Source: Phoronis australis (Eukaryota; Animalia; Phoronida). From it: a DNA stretch of 64,000 nucleotides. Where the stretch lies: positions 713,188 to 777,187 of the forward strand of contig NMRA01000168.1 of assembly GCA_002633005.1 (NCBI GenBank), written 5' to 3'. Every line of letters begins with the position of its first letter. Position 1 is the stretch's first letter. This document shows positions 26,986 to 40,564 of this stretch, in pieces. Below the pieces are notes generated by a model. That model was not told the DNA's origin and made no database searches. It was given only the letters and a program-made list of their open reading frames with translations. The position numbers were made by a program, and so were the translations under genes.

Positions 26986-27186
26986 ATGATGGAAGGCTGG
27001 ATACCACTGTGTATAGTACTTGTTGTTAACATGAAATTTACGACTGGTATACCTGAGACAGATTTCTTCCCATTTGGAGTGGAGAATGGTGATAGCGAAT
27101 TGCCCGCAAATGACGACGGAAGTTCTCCTGAAATTCCCGTATCAACTTTACTCCCGTTCTTCAATCATCAACACGGAAGCTTGTGG
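26986..27186 (+). CDS. NIDO-domain secreted protein (SNED1/tectorin/SUSD2-like N-terminus), exon 1
   Basis: Signal peptide MMEGWIPLCIVLVVNMKFTTG then FFPFGVENGDSELPANDDGSSPEI...PFF; TGG|GTGAGA donor, phase 0. Confidence 0.9.
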
Positions 27187-28429
27187 GTGAGATTCAGTTT
27201 TCAGTCCTTCATCGTTGTTGTCTTTTAGTAGGGAAAGCTTGTTCTCTCTTTTCAAAAAGTGAAACAATACAGTATAATTTCATTATTCTTCTCCTTACGA
27301 AACTAGACTGAAAAGATCTATTTTTGTTGTTGTCCCGATACTTCAAACAATTTATCTGAGCACTGACGGAAAAAGTCAGTCAGTGGGAGTGCCACAAGTT
27401 TGGTTAGAATTATATATTTTAATATCTATCAATTCATTATTTCAGAACGCGAGGTGAGTTCTGCTTACGCCTGCCGCATGGAACTCGCAAGTTAAACAAC
27501 CCCTTGCGACTTCCACACGGTGTCGTTTGGCATCGGTTACGTACGATGACTGGTGGATGAATGTTCGTAATCCATGATTTTGATGCCATTTCAGGTGCTG
27601 GTGCACCAAAAATGACTATCAACTAAAACATATTAAATTCAGTTCGATTTAAAAGTATTCGGAGTGTTGTCAACGAGCATTTTTAGGCTTAAGTTTCGAG
27701 TAAACAAATATGTTATTGAACTCCGACCTATGAAGTTTTTAACTGAAATGAAGCCGAAATAGAGTCCTTATAATAATTTGTCCCAACGCGTTGAATAAGA
27801 TGTGTGGAATAGGACCATGTGGTATTGTTTTCCGCATTTCACTCCGGGGTCTATTTTTAAACAGTCATCTACCTACAGGTAAATACATGTAATTTGCCAT
27901 GGAAATTTACAGAAAGTAAGTCAATATCGACTCAACGTCGCTCACTCGCAACGCTCGATCATCGAACATTCCCATAAAAGTGAAAAAAATAAAGATGCAT
28001 CAGTAGAAATAACACCCAATTATCAATCACCTGACAAACATAACTTATGTAGAAGACCTGTATAGATCAAGCCACAATATTTGTTTGTGAAATGGCTCTT
28101 TGTTAACCAGTGGTAAACTCGATATTTTTATCGGTAATAATGCTTGTTAGAAGATGCACTTCTGAGCTAGACCACCAATTTTTTAATAATTCTCGCAATA
28201 TTGGTGCCCAAAGCCCATTGTCACACTCAGCGTGTTCGCACATTATTGGGTTGTGAGTCATTTTTTTATTTTTGCCATCCATAAGCTTACTATTGAGGAA
28301 ACGTCAAAATGTTAGCCTGTGCTTATTACTAAAATACATGTAGTATGGAAAATATTGGAATTAAACTCAGATATAACCAGAAAACATACATGTATCAACA
28401 TCACCTGAAGACGCCCATCCCTGTTTCAC

Positions 28430-31140
28430 ACGGCATCTACACTCTATATAAAGGGTACATTGTACGAAGTGTTCAATTTTTTAATATAACTACTGTGGGT
28501 ATCCAGAGTTCCTTCCTCGATCACGAAACCCTTCTCTCACAAAGTCACAACAAGATTGTCGTAGACAGACGCTCATTCTCCACCATTTTTTTGTTCATGG
28601 TGGACACGAGTTTCTTTTTCGCAAAATGGCCAACCCTGCTCGCACAACTTCTTGTCAAACTGGGTTATCAATAAGGCCACACCAGATTGATCAGCAACAC
28701 ACGCCTTATCTTGACATTTACCCACAAAGCCGTGAACTGTCGCCAGGCACATATGCTGCCTTGTTTTCGTTCCACCGGCGTTTCACATGTTATTTGTTGT
28801 CAGAATCTTTCCATTTTTTTTTCTCGGTTGCATAACTGTATTCGTTTTTCAATGTCAATGTAATACTGCTGTGCAGTGTTCTGCAACTCCCATGTAAAAC
28901 AGTTTGGCCAACTGGCCGTAAATGTTTGTTCTGAAATTCTTTGCCTTCCCGATATCAATGGGGGACTCAAAAATGAGTCTGATTAAGGAACGCCATTAGC
29001 GTCACCTTCTGACGGGTCTTTTCTGACACTTCGCAGTTGACGAATAAGGGACTAGTTTACAGGCACACTTGTATTAATTAAATGAATCATTATCCACCGC
29101 TGCGGGGTGTAGCACCCTGCAAAAGTACAACGGTGGCTTCTGAGCTAGAATAGCATGTGCAGTCAAAAATGTTATAAGCATAAGACTGTTAGTCAAAACA
29201 AACGAGGATTAAGCTGTGAGTGACGAGGAGTGCCCCCCGCCCCTAAAATTCTACCAGATACCAATCAGAAGTCCGGGTGGATCGGGGGTGAATAAACGAG
29301 AAACTTCGTTTATCGTTTTTCTTCTTTTTAGTTTAGTCAAAAGGTCCGCGATACCAAACATTAGAGACTCCTGCAACCCCACATTTTAGGCTGGGCGCGA
29401 GCATCTGCCGAAATTCTGATTATTCCTGTGCTCTGCCCCCACAACTCAAAATCCTGGATCCACCCCTGCTGTGACCTTGGATAAATTTTCACAATGCTGT
29501 GTTGACAGTTGTTGAGTTCTTATCGGTTCTATTTGCTTGGTTAGTGAATATGTACCAGTAGGTAATATAGTCTTGCTCAGTGGAGACAGACTATTGTGTA
29601 GGTTGCGTTTTTATACGAGGCACCTCTGGCCATTTCTTATATTTTTTCTTTGTGTCAAATGCTCAATAAAGACAGGGTATGCTACAATATGTTGTTTTTT
29701 GTGAGAAACTGTTGGGCAGCTATTGTTTGTTGTTAAAGCATTGAAAAGTAAACGGATCAGTGACCAGTCAGCGTGATAGAAACGACTCGAAAAGGTGACG
29801 CTAGTGGCGTTCCATATCTGATTTTCAAAACGAGTCACGCGCATCTTCAGCTCCGGGCCAAATGAGACTCGCCGTGTAATCTGGGATGGCCCTTTTTCAC
29901 ACGCACGGTCAAACACGTACATGTATATGGAGCTACTGAACCTTTAATTCTATTCAATGTGTTAGCATTTCACGGTTGCTGTTTCACACATTTCAAATTC
30001 GTAAAGTCAAAACAAACACTTCTAACCACTGTGCATACATCGTGCAGTTAACCAAATGTTCCTTGGATGTATTCACAATCAGTGCTTGTGACTCATTGAT
30101 CACGGCACAGTACGCGAGCACAACCGGCGTGTACGTGTATTGTGAATATATAAACATTTATTTTGATATGTCTTTATTTTTATAGCAGACGTTGTGAAAT
30201 GAACATTTTTAAAAAATGCCGGTTAACTGGGAATTGTCGAGTACATGTTAACGTGAGACACGGTGCAAGGCTGACTTCTGCACAGGTTACGTGTACGTGA
30301 ATCCGGAAGTAACCGGTATGACACACTCAGATTTCATCAGACCGTTATCTTACAATCGGGTCGCTGCTGAGTTGGCTGAGAACTTTACAGGAACGATGCG
30401 CAAACTGTAGTACATGAACTAATGAGAGCCTACCGAACTGGTAAACAGTGCAAGATAGCAACCAAATAGTGGTGATAAAATCGCGACCCACATTTATTGT
30501 TTTATATTGATATGGCAGGTTCATCGCTGTCAGTCCCACTGAAACCACACCTCATAAAAAAACAGTAATGGAACGAATTTTCATCGCCGGTTACTTAACG
30601 ATAATAGGACAGAAACAAGCTATTCCCGTGATTGACACTTTGCTCTCATGAGCACCATTGGTTATGAATGCCCGCGAGAACCCGGTAGTAGTTGATATCA
30701 ATCGTAATAATAGCACAAAGGCAAATGAATTACCCAGGGTGCAAGAGTACTGTATAAATCTCCACTGTGGGAAGGACCTCCTTGTTCAAGTGTCCATTAT
30801 AACAGTGGCAATGGGGCTATGCGGAGAATTGTCCTCGCGGTGTCGCTGCTGTACTAGTGGTGATTGAATTGCGCATGCGTGGCTGTCTGCATGTAAACAA
30901 CTGGTAAAAGATGCAATTTTTATCAAAATACGTCGTCGCGCTAAGCCTTATTACTGCTACTTTCCCTGGTGCAAGTCTTCGACAGGTGGCCACAAATTCC
31001 CAAAAGACCTAAGGTTACTATATTCGTGGACAATTGCAGTCAACAGGGTCAACTAACTGATAAAAAGTGTGTGGATGCTGAAGCCCTGTGTGTGCTCTAT
31101 GATTATGCAGTTCCATTCGGAGACTACACAACATTACTTG
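28430..31140. mobile_element. ISL2EU-like transposon remnant: THAP (+) divergent from SWIM-YqaJ exonuclease (-)
   Basis: + strand 30945-31140 YCYFPWCKSSTGGHKFPKDLRLLYSWTIAVNR...VCS is a THAP finger ending at GTAAGT; - strand weak SWIM (about 30000-30120) and YqaJ C-terminal traces CCDFV...FVIEE...KKLNTSY (about 28440-28700). Confidence 0.5.
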
Positions 31141-31751
31141 GTAAGTTTTTAGCAATCAGTTTCTATCAACATCGTTCGGTGATGTTATTGAGTGGAACTA
31201 AGTGTTTCTTTTTGGAAACTCACCCGATGCAGCACATATTCATATTGTCCTGGGTGGGAGTGCTCCCAAAATAAGAGGTGTATGGTACGTGATACACAGA
31301 AGTCAAGAGTGACTTTTTCACAGCAGTTTCTCTTCAAAACTATGCTGTTTCCAATAAAGTTCTCTAGGTGAGTGAGTGCCCTTATTTTATCGTGGACCCC
31401 ACCCCCAGGACTACCAGCTCAGTTATCGAATTAACATGAATAAGCCTTAATTCAGCCTTAATTCAGTGAATGTCGTAACATTGCATTGGAAAAAAATTGA
31501 CACCTAGAATGAATTTTACTTGTTGAGATCAGAAGCACATTTTAAGGGTCATGAAAAATACACATTGTTAAATCACTTTTAGCCTGTTTCACATAGTTTA
31601 ATTCAGATATTAAATAAGACTTGGGTACAAAGGTTATTAGTTTCTACACATAAACATGAAGATGAAATGTCAAGTATGTTCTGCCTTACAAAAGTAGTTT
31701 TGTCTTGTCTTTTCTTTTACAATTTGCTAATATTTCTATTCTGTTACAGGC

Positions 31752-32452
31752 NNNNNNNNNNNNNNNNNNNNNNNNNNNNNNNNNNNNNNNNNNNNNNNNN
31801 NNNNNNNNNNNNNNNNNNNNNNNNNNNNNNNNNNNNNNNNNNNNNNNNNNNNNNNNNNNNNNNNNNNNNNNNNNNNNNNNNNNNNNNNNNNNNNNNNNNN
31901 NNNNNNNNNNNNNNNNNNNNNNNNNNNNNNNNNNNNNNNNNNNNNNNNNNNNNNNNNNNNNNNNNNNNNNNNNNNNNNNNNNNNNNNNNNNNNNNNNNNN
32001 NNNNNNNNNNNNNNNNNNNNNNNNNNNNNNNNNNNNNNNNNNNNNNNNNNNNNNNNNNNNNNNNNNNNNNNNNNNNNNNNNNNNNNNNNNNNNNNNNNNN
32101 NNNNNNNNNNNNNNNNNNNNNNNNNNNNNNNNNNNNNNNNNNNNNNNNNNNNNNNNNNNNNNNNNNNNNNNNNNNNNNNNNNNNNNNNNNNNNNNNNNNN
32201 NNNNNNNNNNNNNNNNNNNNNNNNNNNNNNNNNNNNNNNNNNNNNNNNNNNNNNNNNNNNNNNNNNNNNNNNNNNNNNNNNNNNNNNNNNNNNNNNNNNN
32301 NNNNNNNNNNNNNNNNNNNNNNNNNNNNNNNNNNNNNNNNNNNNNNNNNNNNNNNNNNNNNNNNNNNNNNNNNNNNNNNNNNNNNNNNNNNNNNNNNNNN
32401 NNNNNNNNNNNNNNNNNNNNNNNNNNNNNNNNNNNNNNNNNNNNNNNNNNNN
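31752..32452. other. Assembly gap (N run)
   Basis: About 700 N. Confidence 1.
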
Positions 32453-35400
32453 GCATCACTTGTCTGTAAAATATACAAGTTTTTTGAGACAACTTCAAAC
32501 CTTTGTTACCCATTTTCAAGCCTTTTTAATTTTGATACTTTCAGCAATTTTAAACTCAGATTACAGGTTCATGGGTCTGTCAAGCATACGTCTAGCCTAA
32601 GGTTGAGGGAACCGCTTTTCTTCTAATAGAAGATATGAAGACTTGGGTCATTTAAAAATGATGGATAATCTTTCTGTTGTTTAAGAGTAATTACAATTCA
32701 CAAAAATGGCAGTCATTTGAATTTATAACGACTTGCAACATTTCAAGGCATGAGTTAAGACTATTCAATCAATGTGAATTCGGAAAATATAATATATTTT
32801 CGTGGTTTCACAAATGATACAAGTACCAAAACAGTTTCATGCAATCAACTTGAACGGATTTCGTGAAGGTTAAGAATTACCTCACCATGCTCTTTTCCCC
32901 AAACACGTATTACCTGTTATTTCCACACATTCAGTTGTACCAAATATTACAACCCCCCATGCCAATCCCGCCTCGGGACCTGAATAAGTAATTTAAAAAA
33001 AATGACTTTAAAAATAGCTGTTCCTTTTCAAAGGCTTTGTTCGTTGTCTCCAGTATTGAAAGTAGGCTTTGACAACAGATCTGCACTGGATGGGAAAATC
33101 TTGTTAGTTATCTGCAGTCAAATGCTAAAAAACATTTTTTTTTCCATTCAGGGACAGTGCAGAAGCGATGCATATCTCCTCTGCACGGTTCAAGCCTTCA
33201 AACCTAAAAACCAAAGGTTACGTGAAAACTGACGTGATAGATTTCCATTTCAACGTGTAATAGATTTCCAGAAGACATATGATAGGGAGTAAACAAATAG
33301 TCTAATGCAATGGATATTTATCACTCACATACCCTTTGCCATTGGGATTGGATTGTAATCTTCATTAACCTGTATCGAGTTGACAGCATAAACATGCATT
33401 CAGCATTGATTGATGCAACTGTCACTGATAAACTTTTAGAAATCATTCCAAACAATAATAATGCTTTGATGTACGAAAAGATCCCGATTGCTACGTCAAG
33501 TATCGTATCACATATCACAACGTACAAAGATTAACCACACTGCCTGCCGCGAAGTCGACATCGGCGAGTGCCTCAGTTAACAGGCATCGGTAGAATAATC
33601 ATGGAATAATCGTTAAAATAATCACAAACCTTACCTTTGTATGAGGTCGTGCTTACTTCCTCTCATAGAAGCACCTTATTTACGCAATCTCAGTTTCAGT
33701 TGTCACGGCTGGAAGCCATTTCACCATGTATTTAAAGGGCTTGCGAAATCGAGGCTGCTAATCTATCACCACTAGTACACGCACGCCCTCTAGTTATTGT
33801 AGATTTTCCGAATAGCCCCATTTGTAAGGCACTCATTTTCAAAGGAACACGTTGCAATGAAGTCCGCCATTGTTTTAAATCGTGAGCGAATTCCATGGAC
33901 GAATTTCAGATTCAGCATGTATTGTGCAGAAACTACACGCATATACATTACACACATGTGAACGAGTGCAAAACACACGTTCTCGAAATAGCGCCTGAGT
34001 TTTCCATTTACAATATATGCTCAAGTCGATGTTTCTCTTGATATCTGACAGCGCCATTGATTTATGGGTAAATGTGATATATGTTTGGTAACAGATCGTC
34101 ACCCCACATATTAGAAAGTTCAGATGGATACTTTATAACCGACTTCCTCGTGTTCATAATGATGGTGCCCATGAGGGTGAAGTATAAACTACGTGTTTTA
34201 ATTTTTTATCTCTGCAATAGCTGACTTTTGAAATACTGTTCCCACGCTATATTAAAATTCAATTACCCGCCTGGTGGCGATCACCTCACTGGTGGACCGA
34301 CATTCAGCGTCACGCACAGATCCTATATGGAAGGCAGATGGGAGGTTTCAAATTACTCGTGTAAACAGTTTTTGACACCTTTCCCCGCGATTATAATATC
34401 GACATATTTTTAGTGCTCTGCGGTGGGATGTGCCAATACATGTACCTTAGGAAAAAAGGCAAAGCATTTGAAATATCGATAGATGAACAAGGACAGCATG
34501 CTCCATGCAGACACTTCGAAGAGAGAACCACCGACAAAGCCAGTGGTTACGACTGATAAACCGAGTGAAGCTCGATCCCAGTCGTCAAAAAGTTAAATTA
34601 AATTGGTGAACTTAAGCTTATTAAACAATGAGAGGGCTGGCAGTGGAATTTATTTCTTTGCTTTGAAATCAAGTAGTAGGCCTGTCAACGAAATCCGAGT
34701 TGGGATCAACCGAAATCCACTTTCGTCCTCTTGTTATCCTAGAGAGCACCAATATGAAAAGTCTGCTATTACTACACTTATCGAAGCTTCACTTGTTTAA
34801 GACTAATCATTCATTCATTAAATGTGTAACAAATACATGTAACTAGTTCCCAGCTATAAGCACGGCAATTAAAAATGCTACAATAAATGGCATAGTTATT
34901 TTCCCATTGTTTTACATTTGTTTTGGTTACGTAAACAACGATAAACATGACACCCGCGTTCTTTGAAAGCATACCAGAACAATACAAAAAATACAATGTG
35001 TGGGGAACTTTTCTCGTTTAAAAACCGTTAAATTACAACTAACATTTGGGCGCTGGGTCGCAGGCAACTTTCTGACAGTGGTTTGTCAACACTTCTCAGT
35101 CTTATTTCCGATATCACAACAAACGGCAGTTACATGTATGTACCATGTGTAGTGAATTCATTGATCTAAGTTCGTAACTACTCAAAACCTTTGACATCAA
35201 CGGCGGACTGCGACACCGGCGTTTTCGGTTGATGAGCGGAAGCAGAAATATTAATGCATAGGTCCTATCAACATTGATTGTGTGGTAGGCCTCTTAAGGG
35301 GGCTTTTCGGCAATGTAGGGCAAGCATAACACCATTGAGAGCATGACAATTGTAAAAAAAATGCCCTAAGGCCGGTGTTTTCACTAACAGTTTAAGAAAA

Positions 35401-35564
35401 CGCCAGTAACAAAAGGTTGATACTTCCACCAAAATAACTTATGATCAGGGGCTTAATTCTGATACAAAGACTTAAAAATGATGAAAATTGTAATAAAGCA
35501 AAATTCATGTAGGCAAAAAAGTGGTGGTGTAATGACATCTACATGTATAATTATTGTATTTTAG

Positions 35565-35684
<120 letters not shown>

Positions 35685-37884
35685 TAGTTTCCGTTCAGAA
35701 AATAAAATAACATAAATAAAAACATTATACATTGAGGTGTTTGTTGAGAAGTGACTTAAGTATTAAGTCACTTCATGAAACTGATCACATCACTGCAATT
35801 ACGCAAAGGAAGACTTGCGTGCAACCACGGCACATTTGGGGGAGAGCGTTAGGCTGTCTATGAAGCTATTCCTTCCTCGGCAGACGGAATATGGTACGCC
35901 ACAAACTAGAAAATAAATAAAACAAGTTTATGTAGATGAGGTTTGGGGTTGCAGTTTCAACAAGGAAATATGGTGTACAGAATGTTTGAAAACTCGTCGC
36001 CCGCATTTAGCAGACTTGCAATTTTCTGGGGTTGTTTTGTGTCACTGTACAAAACTATGCCTTTTACTATAACGAAACGGTGAAAAGGAACCATTTTGAT
36101 TCTTTTCCGTTTTATAAAAGGTGGAATTTTATAGGGAATGGTGGTTAAAGCCAAACAAACGGTAATATTTTTTCACGTTTTCTTGGTCGTAAAAGACGAA
36201 GTTTTCTGCATTGTCTGCAATACTGAATGAGATTACTAAAACACGCTGGGAATATGGTACCTACTGTCTTTCGTGCAAACACTCATCATTATCAGAATGT
36301 CTACCGATTAGAATTGAAAGCGTTAATTCAAAACGATGAATCCGTGAAAGCACGTCTCAAAGGTCTGTCATCTCCGGAAAACTTCGACAAGGAACACCAA
36401 CGTTGGATAGAGTGTCCAGAGAGGAATTACTATCAGCAACGTTGAAGTAGTGTGGTTGAAAATTTTCCCAAACGTCTGCGTGGTGATCATGATAAGGTGT
36501 GAACTCTCAGTGCAAATCCTAACGACACGCAATCATCCAGAGAATAATGACAACCTTGTGTAAGATGGGAAAAACTGATGACCTTAGCTCTTCTGCATAT
36601 TCAGTGCGGGAATGTTGGACGTTACAAAATCCTAGCTTTATTTTACAGAAGAAACAGGGGAATGGATGACTGGACTTTGAGTTATATGAAAGTGTTCTCC
36701 CACCTAATTCCTCTAGTAGTCAGTCAAAATCAGGATCCCGATCAATACATGTAGTTCGAGACTTCTGAGAAGTATATTCTACATGTACATGTAGGCAAAT
36801 GTACATGAGAGTGATCCAACAATAAAAGAACACCATAATACAATGTCTTAAGCCGGCTGTGTGAATTTCATTTGCCTGTTCGAAACACAGCATGTTTTCT
36901 CTCCCAAGTGAGCGAAAGCATCATGTGTTTCTGACTAGGAGTTTTTTATAAAGTGTAATCGTGCCATCAACAACTCTGAACCACCTCAACAAAGGTCTCA
37001 ATTCAGCACATATGTTGAGAGAGAAGGATCGAGATTCAACACATCACATACGTACATTAACTCGGGTGTTGTTCTACCGCTAACCCGCCGTTTGATTCAA
37101 AATTGGTGCACGCCCCAAGGTGTCGAAGCAGCTTAAAATGCTTTGCATTGGCCGACGAAACGTTGCTCAAAACAGTCTGGTAATTAGCTTGGTGCTGGAT
37201 GAAAGATAGCATCCGTCGAAATAACTGCATTGTGATTGTGGAAGTTTAATTCGCCTAAGGAGAATCTTGGCAGCCAACAATTGTGAACTGGACATCAGAA
37301 AACACAAATCCAGCGGTATTACAACGTTGAAAAATATACCTTTTCACAAACAAAAAAATAAAATTGTAGAGTTCAACATAAGGTATGCTCTCACGGTTTG
37401 TTCCAATCCTTAAAATTGATTAGTGTCACATGTGTGAATGGGCGATTGTACGAGATTTTGGATATCAAACAACGGTTGTGCTTTTACGTGTACTGTACAA
37501 TATTCAGGGTAGAGTTCAGTAGGTGTGCAGTCGTGCTCTCATTGAAAATACGCGACAATGTCTCGCGTAGTCTCGCAAAATCTTGCTCTTCTAGTGATGT
37601 CCGACAGGGGTACTTGTGTCACTGAACTCTATAACAGTGGTGAAACCATAGAATAATGTACCAAAGGGACGGGTAAGTGAACTGTTAAAACAATATCGGT
37701 TTCGAATTTAACCTATACGATTTGAAAAGCGTCGTTCACCGTTCCTGGGTTAGCTCCTATTCAGAAGCTATAGCTGCCGAAAGTAATTTTTGACGCGAAA
37801 CAAACTCCTTTATAAAATAGAAAATATGTGTGCACTGTGTTGGGTGCACATTTTTGAAACGAATATTATTTGATTCACTTATAG

Positions 37885-38066
37885 GGAAAGGAGGCTCCCT
37901 ATTTTATCGAGAAAGTGTTAATCGGACACTGTTGGACAAAGCTACAGGAGAACTACGAAACTCAGGTGCAACCGCCACACTGGAAAGATTCCAAGCCCTA
38001 TGGATGTTCATAGCCACTTGGAAAGACGTGGCTTTCTATGGCGCAGACAACGACGGTAAACAAAAG
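37885..38066 (+). CDS. NIDO protein, exon 3
   Basis: RKGGSLFYRES...FQALWMFIATWKDVAFYG...KQK|GTATTG; phase 1-0. Confidence 0.93.
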
Positions 38067-39059
38067 GTATTGACTACTGTGCATCAATAAAGGGGCATTA
38101 TTTACATGCAAACCATGCATTGGTTAATATTGGACATGAGACACCGGTGCATGAAGTTGTTTCCGCGTCTATTAGTCGACCCACTACCACGAGTATAGGC
38201 GAGGTTTAAGCAAATACATGTACACGATTTTCATCTCGTTCTCAAAGTAAGAAGGGGTCCAAACATAGGAACTACTAACACAGTCCCAATTAAATGTGAC
38301 CAATGAGCTCTGACCCGAGGGTAGATGTGCATAGGAAAACTCGATGAATGTCTGTTTTAAGGGAAATGTTCTTACTTATTTCTTGAAAATGAATTAATAA
38401 ACAGACTGCGACGTGCTGTTTGATCTACTCTTCACGTAACCTTTTTGTGCAGGGGACTGTATCACATATTTGTTACTACCCTCGGGATTTTTAAACATCG
38501 TTTATGTGTGTGCAGACATTGCCTAGGATGTAAAATAAGTGATATTGAATTAATAATAAGCAAAACTCGATCTCACTACATGTTCCCGTACGTGCAGTAA
38601 AGGAAGTGGACTCGTGTTCATGTATCCCACTAGACAATTCCGCCTCCTCTATCTTTAGCTTCTTAAGTGTGTCACTAATTTGTGACGTTTGCTAAAAAAT
38701 AAATGATTTGTCTGTTTGTTTAAAACAAAAATGCACCGCTCAGAAAAACAAGAAAATATTCAGCAGTGGCGCTAATACCGAGCTGTGGTCGTTTTTCAGT
38801 AATTTAACACTAATAATCAAAAAAATGGCAAATCGAAACTAACGGGATTTGCTTGTCATCTTTACTTACTTTTCCATAATCACGTATGTTTTCTTGTACT
38901 GAGAATACACCGTTGAGTATTTTCTCGTTATGATCGAAAAGTAAGCGCAGACCTCAACTTGGGTTAATGAAAATCTTCTCTTGACAATCAATGTCAATGG
39001 TGCACAACTCTGGACAACTTCATACGAGCTATAAACTTGATGGAGAAGATTTCGAAGTT

Positions 39060-40208
39060 TCCATGTCACGATGACGAAGGTTTAATACTGCGAAGGTCCA
39101 GTAATCCGAATGCCCATTACTCTGAAGGTTCGTAATCTTCTAAAATTCACTACTTTGAATTTCCACTATTCCAAAACTAGGGCCCGGTCTCTAATCTTTG
39201 TATTCGAAAATAGCTCGAAATTATTTTTGGCAATTTCTCTGCTCCTTTTGTGCGAACTCAAGATAAGTTGTTATCAAACTATGCTCGAATAATTATAGTT
39301 CATGCATACGAGTTCCTAGTCCAAACCCAACCCTAATATTGGATTGAAAACTCGAAATTTTGAGTTTAAACTCAAATTTTAGCTTTCATACTGGATTTGT
39401 CAACTCCAAACTAGGACTAATAACGTCATCCCACGTATATGTAAGTCATTATGTACTCGAACATAGAGTAATAGACACTTATCTTGAGTTCGCACAAAAG
39501 TAAACTAAAATATGCCAAACCTTATTTCAAGTTTCATTTCGAGTAAAAAGATTCGGGACTGGGCGCGGAACTCCAACAGTTCGCTACTCTGATCGTTTGA
39601 TCACGACACATTCTCAAGCAGAGACAACATCTGGGGCACGGCTGCGACGTCCAACGGCGGTAACAAATTTAAGAAGACTAAATGGTACTACCTGATTTCG
39701 TGAGAACTGGCAAGGACATATTGGCCTACTAACTTCATTTAGTTTCGACCCGGAAGTTTGCGTCGCGCTGCAATTCGATCTTGACATGAATTTGATGAAT
39801 GGTGTCATGGTTGATAATTCATCTGCATTTCTACTTCACATCATTTTCAAATTCAAATGTGTACTCATTTAAGACATGCAAGCGATTTTGCATGCACATG
39901 AAATCTGAATAGCTGGCCAACCGATTCTAGTTGTGCTGGCCAGCTGGAAACGGTGCTCATTGTCTACATGGAATCCAAACAAAGTGTTTGAGTGCCCGGG
40001 CGTTGTTTTCGATATACACATGTACGTGCATCTAATAACCGGAATATTGTTTATTTTTGCATGTAAAAGTTTTAAAATCACGTCTGAGTTTGAAAGTTAA
40101 GATATTTTTGGAGCGTCGAATATTCGGAGTGGTGAATCGTCGAAGTAGTGAACCTTCGGAATAGTGAACCTTCCAAGTTGCAAATCATTGAAATAATGGG
40201 ATGTTCCC
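39060..40208. mobile_element. Non-autonomous element with inverted ~16-bp subterminal repeat arrays (foldback/Mutator-like)
   Basis: Left array of CACTATTCCGAAGGTT-like units (about 39080-39175); right array GAACCTTCGGAATAGT (about 40120-40200) in the opposite orientation. Confidence 0.55.
39180..39565. mobile_element. Palindromic MITE nested in the previous element
   Basis: Arms of more than 100 bp are reverse complements, including exact CTTTTGTGCGAACTCAAGATAAGT / ACTTATCTTGAGTTCGCACAAAAG; GGCCC(G/A)GT termini. Confidence 0.8.
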
Positions 40209-40564
40209 ATTTCCAGCGATGTAAGCAACTTAAGTAACACGCTAAATTACAACCAGATGAACAATTTTGTTAAGTCATTCGCCGACTAAAATTCATAACC
40301 GTCTGAGTATGCAGTGAGGTGTAATCACTCACTTAAGCATGGGTGATTTCAAACTTTTGCAGGAAATAATGCGAGAATGTTCTCTTTCTGGACCACATTA
40401 CATCCCAATTTGTGTCCAAATCTTTGCGAGCAACCGTCACAGCATCTCCGTTCCTGGTATTACATGGGCGTCTAATAAAAAAGTCGCCCCTGCATCACCA
40501 AACCTCTGCATGCTACTGCCCCAGTGCTAAAAATGTTTATAAAGTACCTTTTGTTTCATGCAGA

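Noticed and set aside
31667-32626. Four long ORFs of 244-319 aa
   Set aside because: Artefacts of translating through the N gap.
36150-36445. hAT-type zinc finger (FCIVC...H) or THAP VPT motif
   Set aside because: Two incompatible weak readings, with no termini or catalytic motifs nearby.
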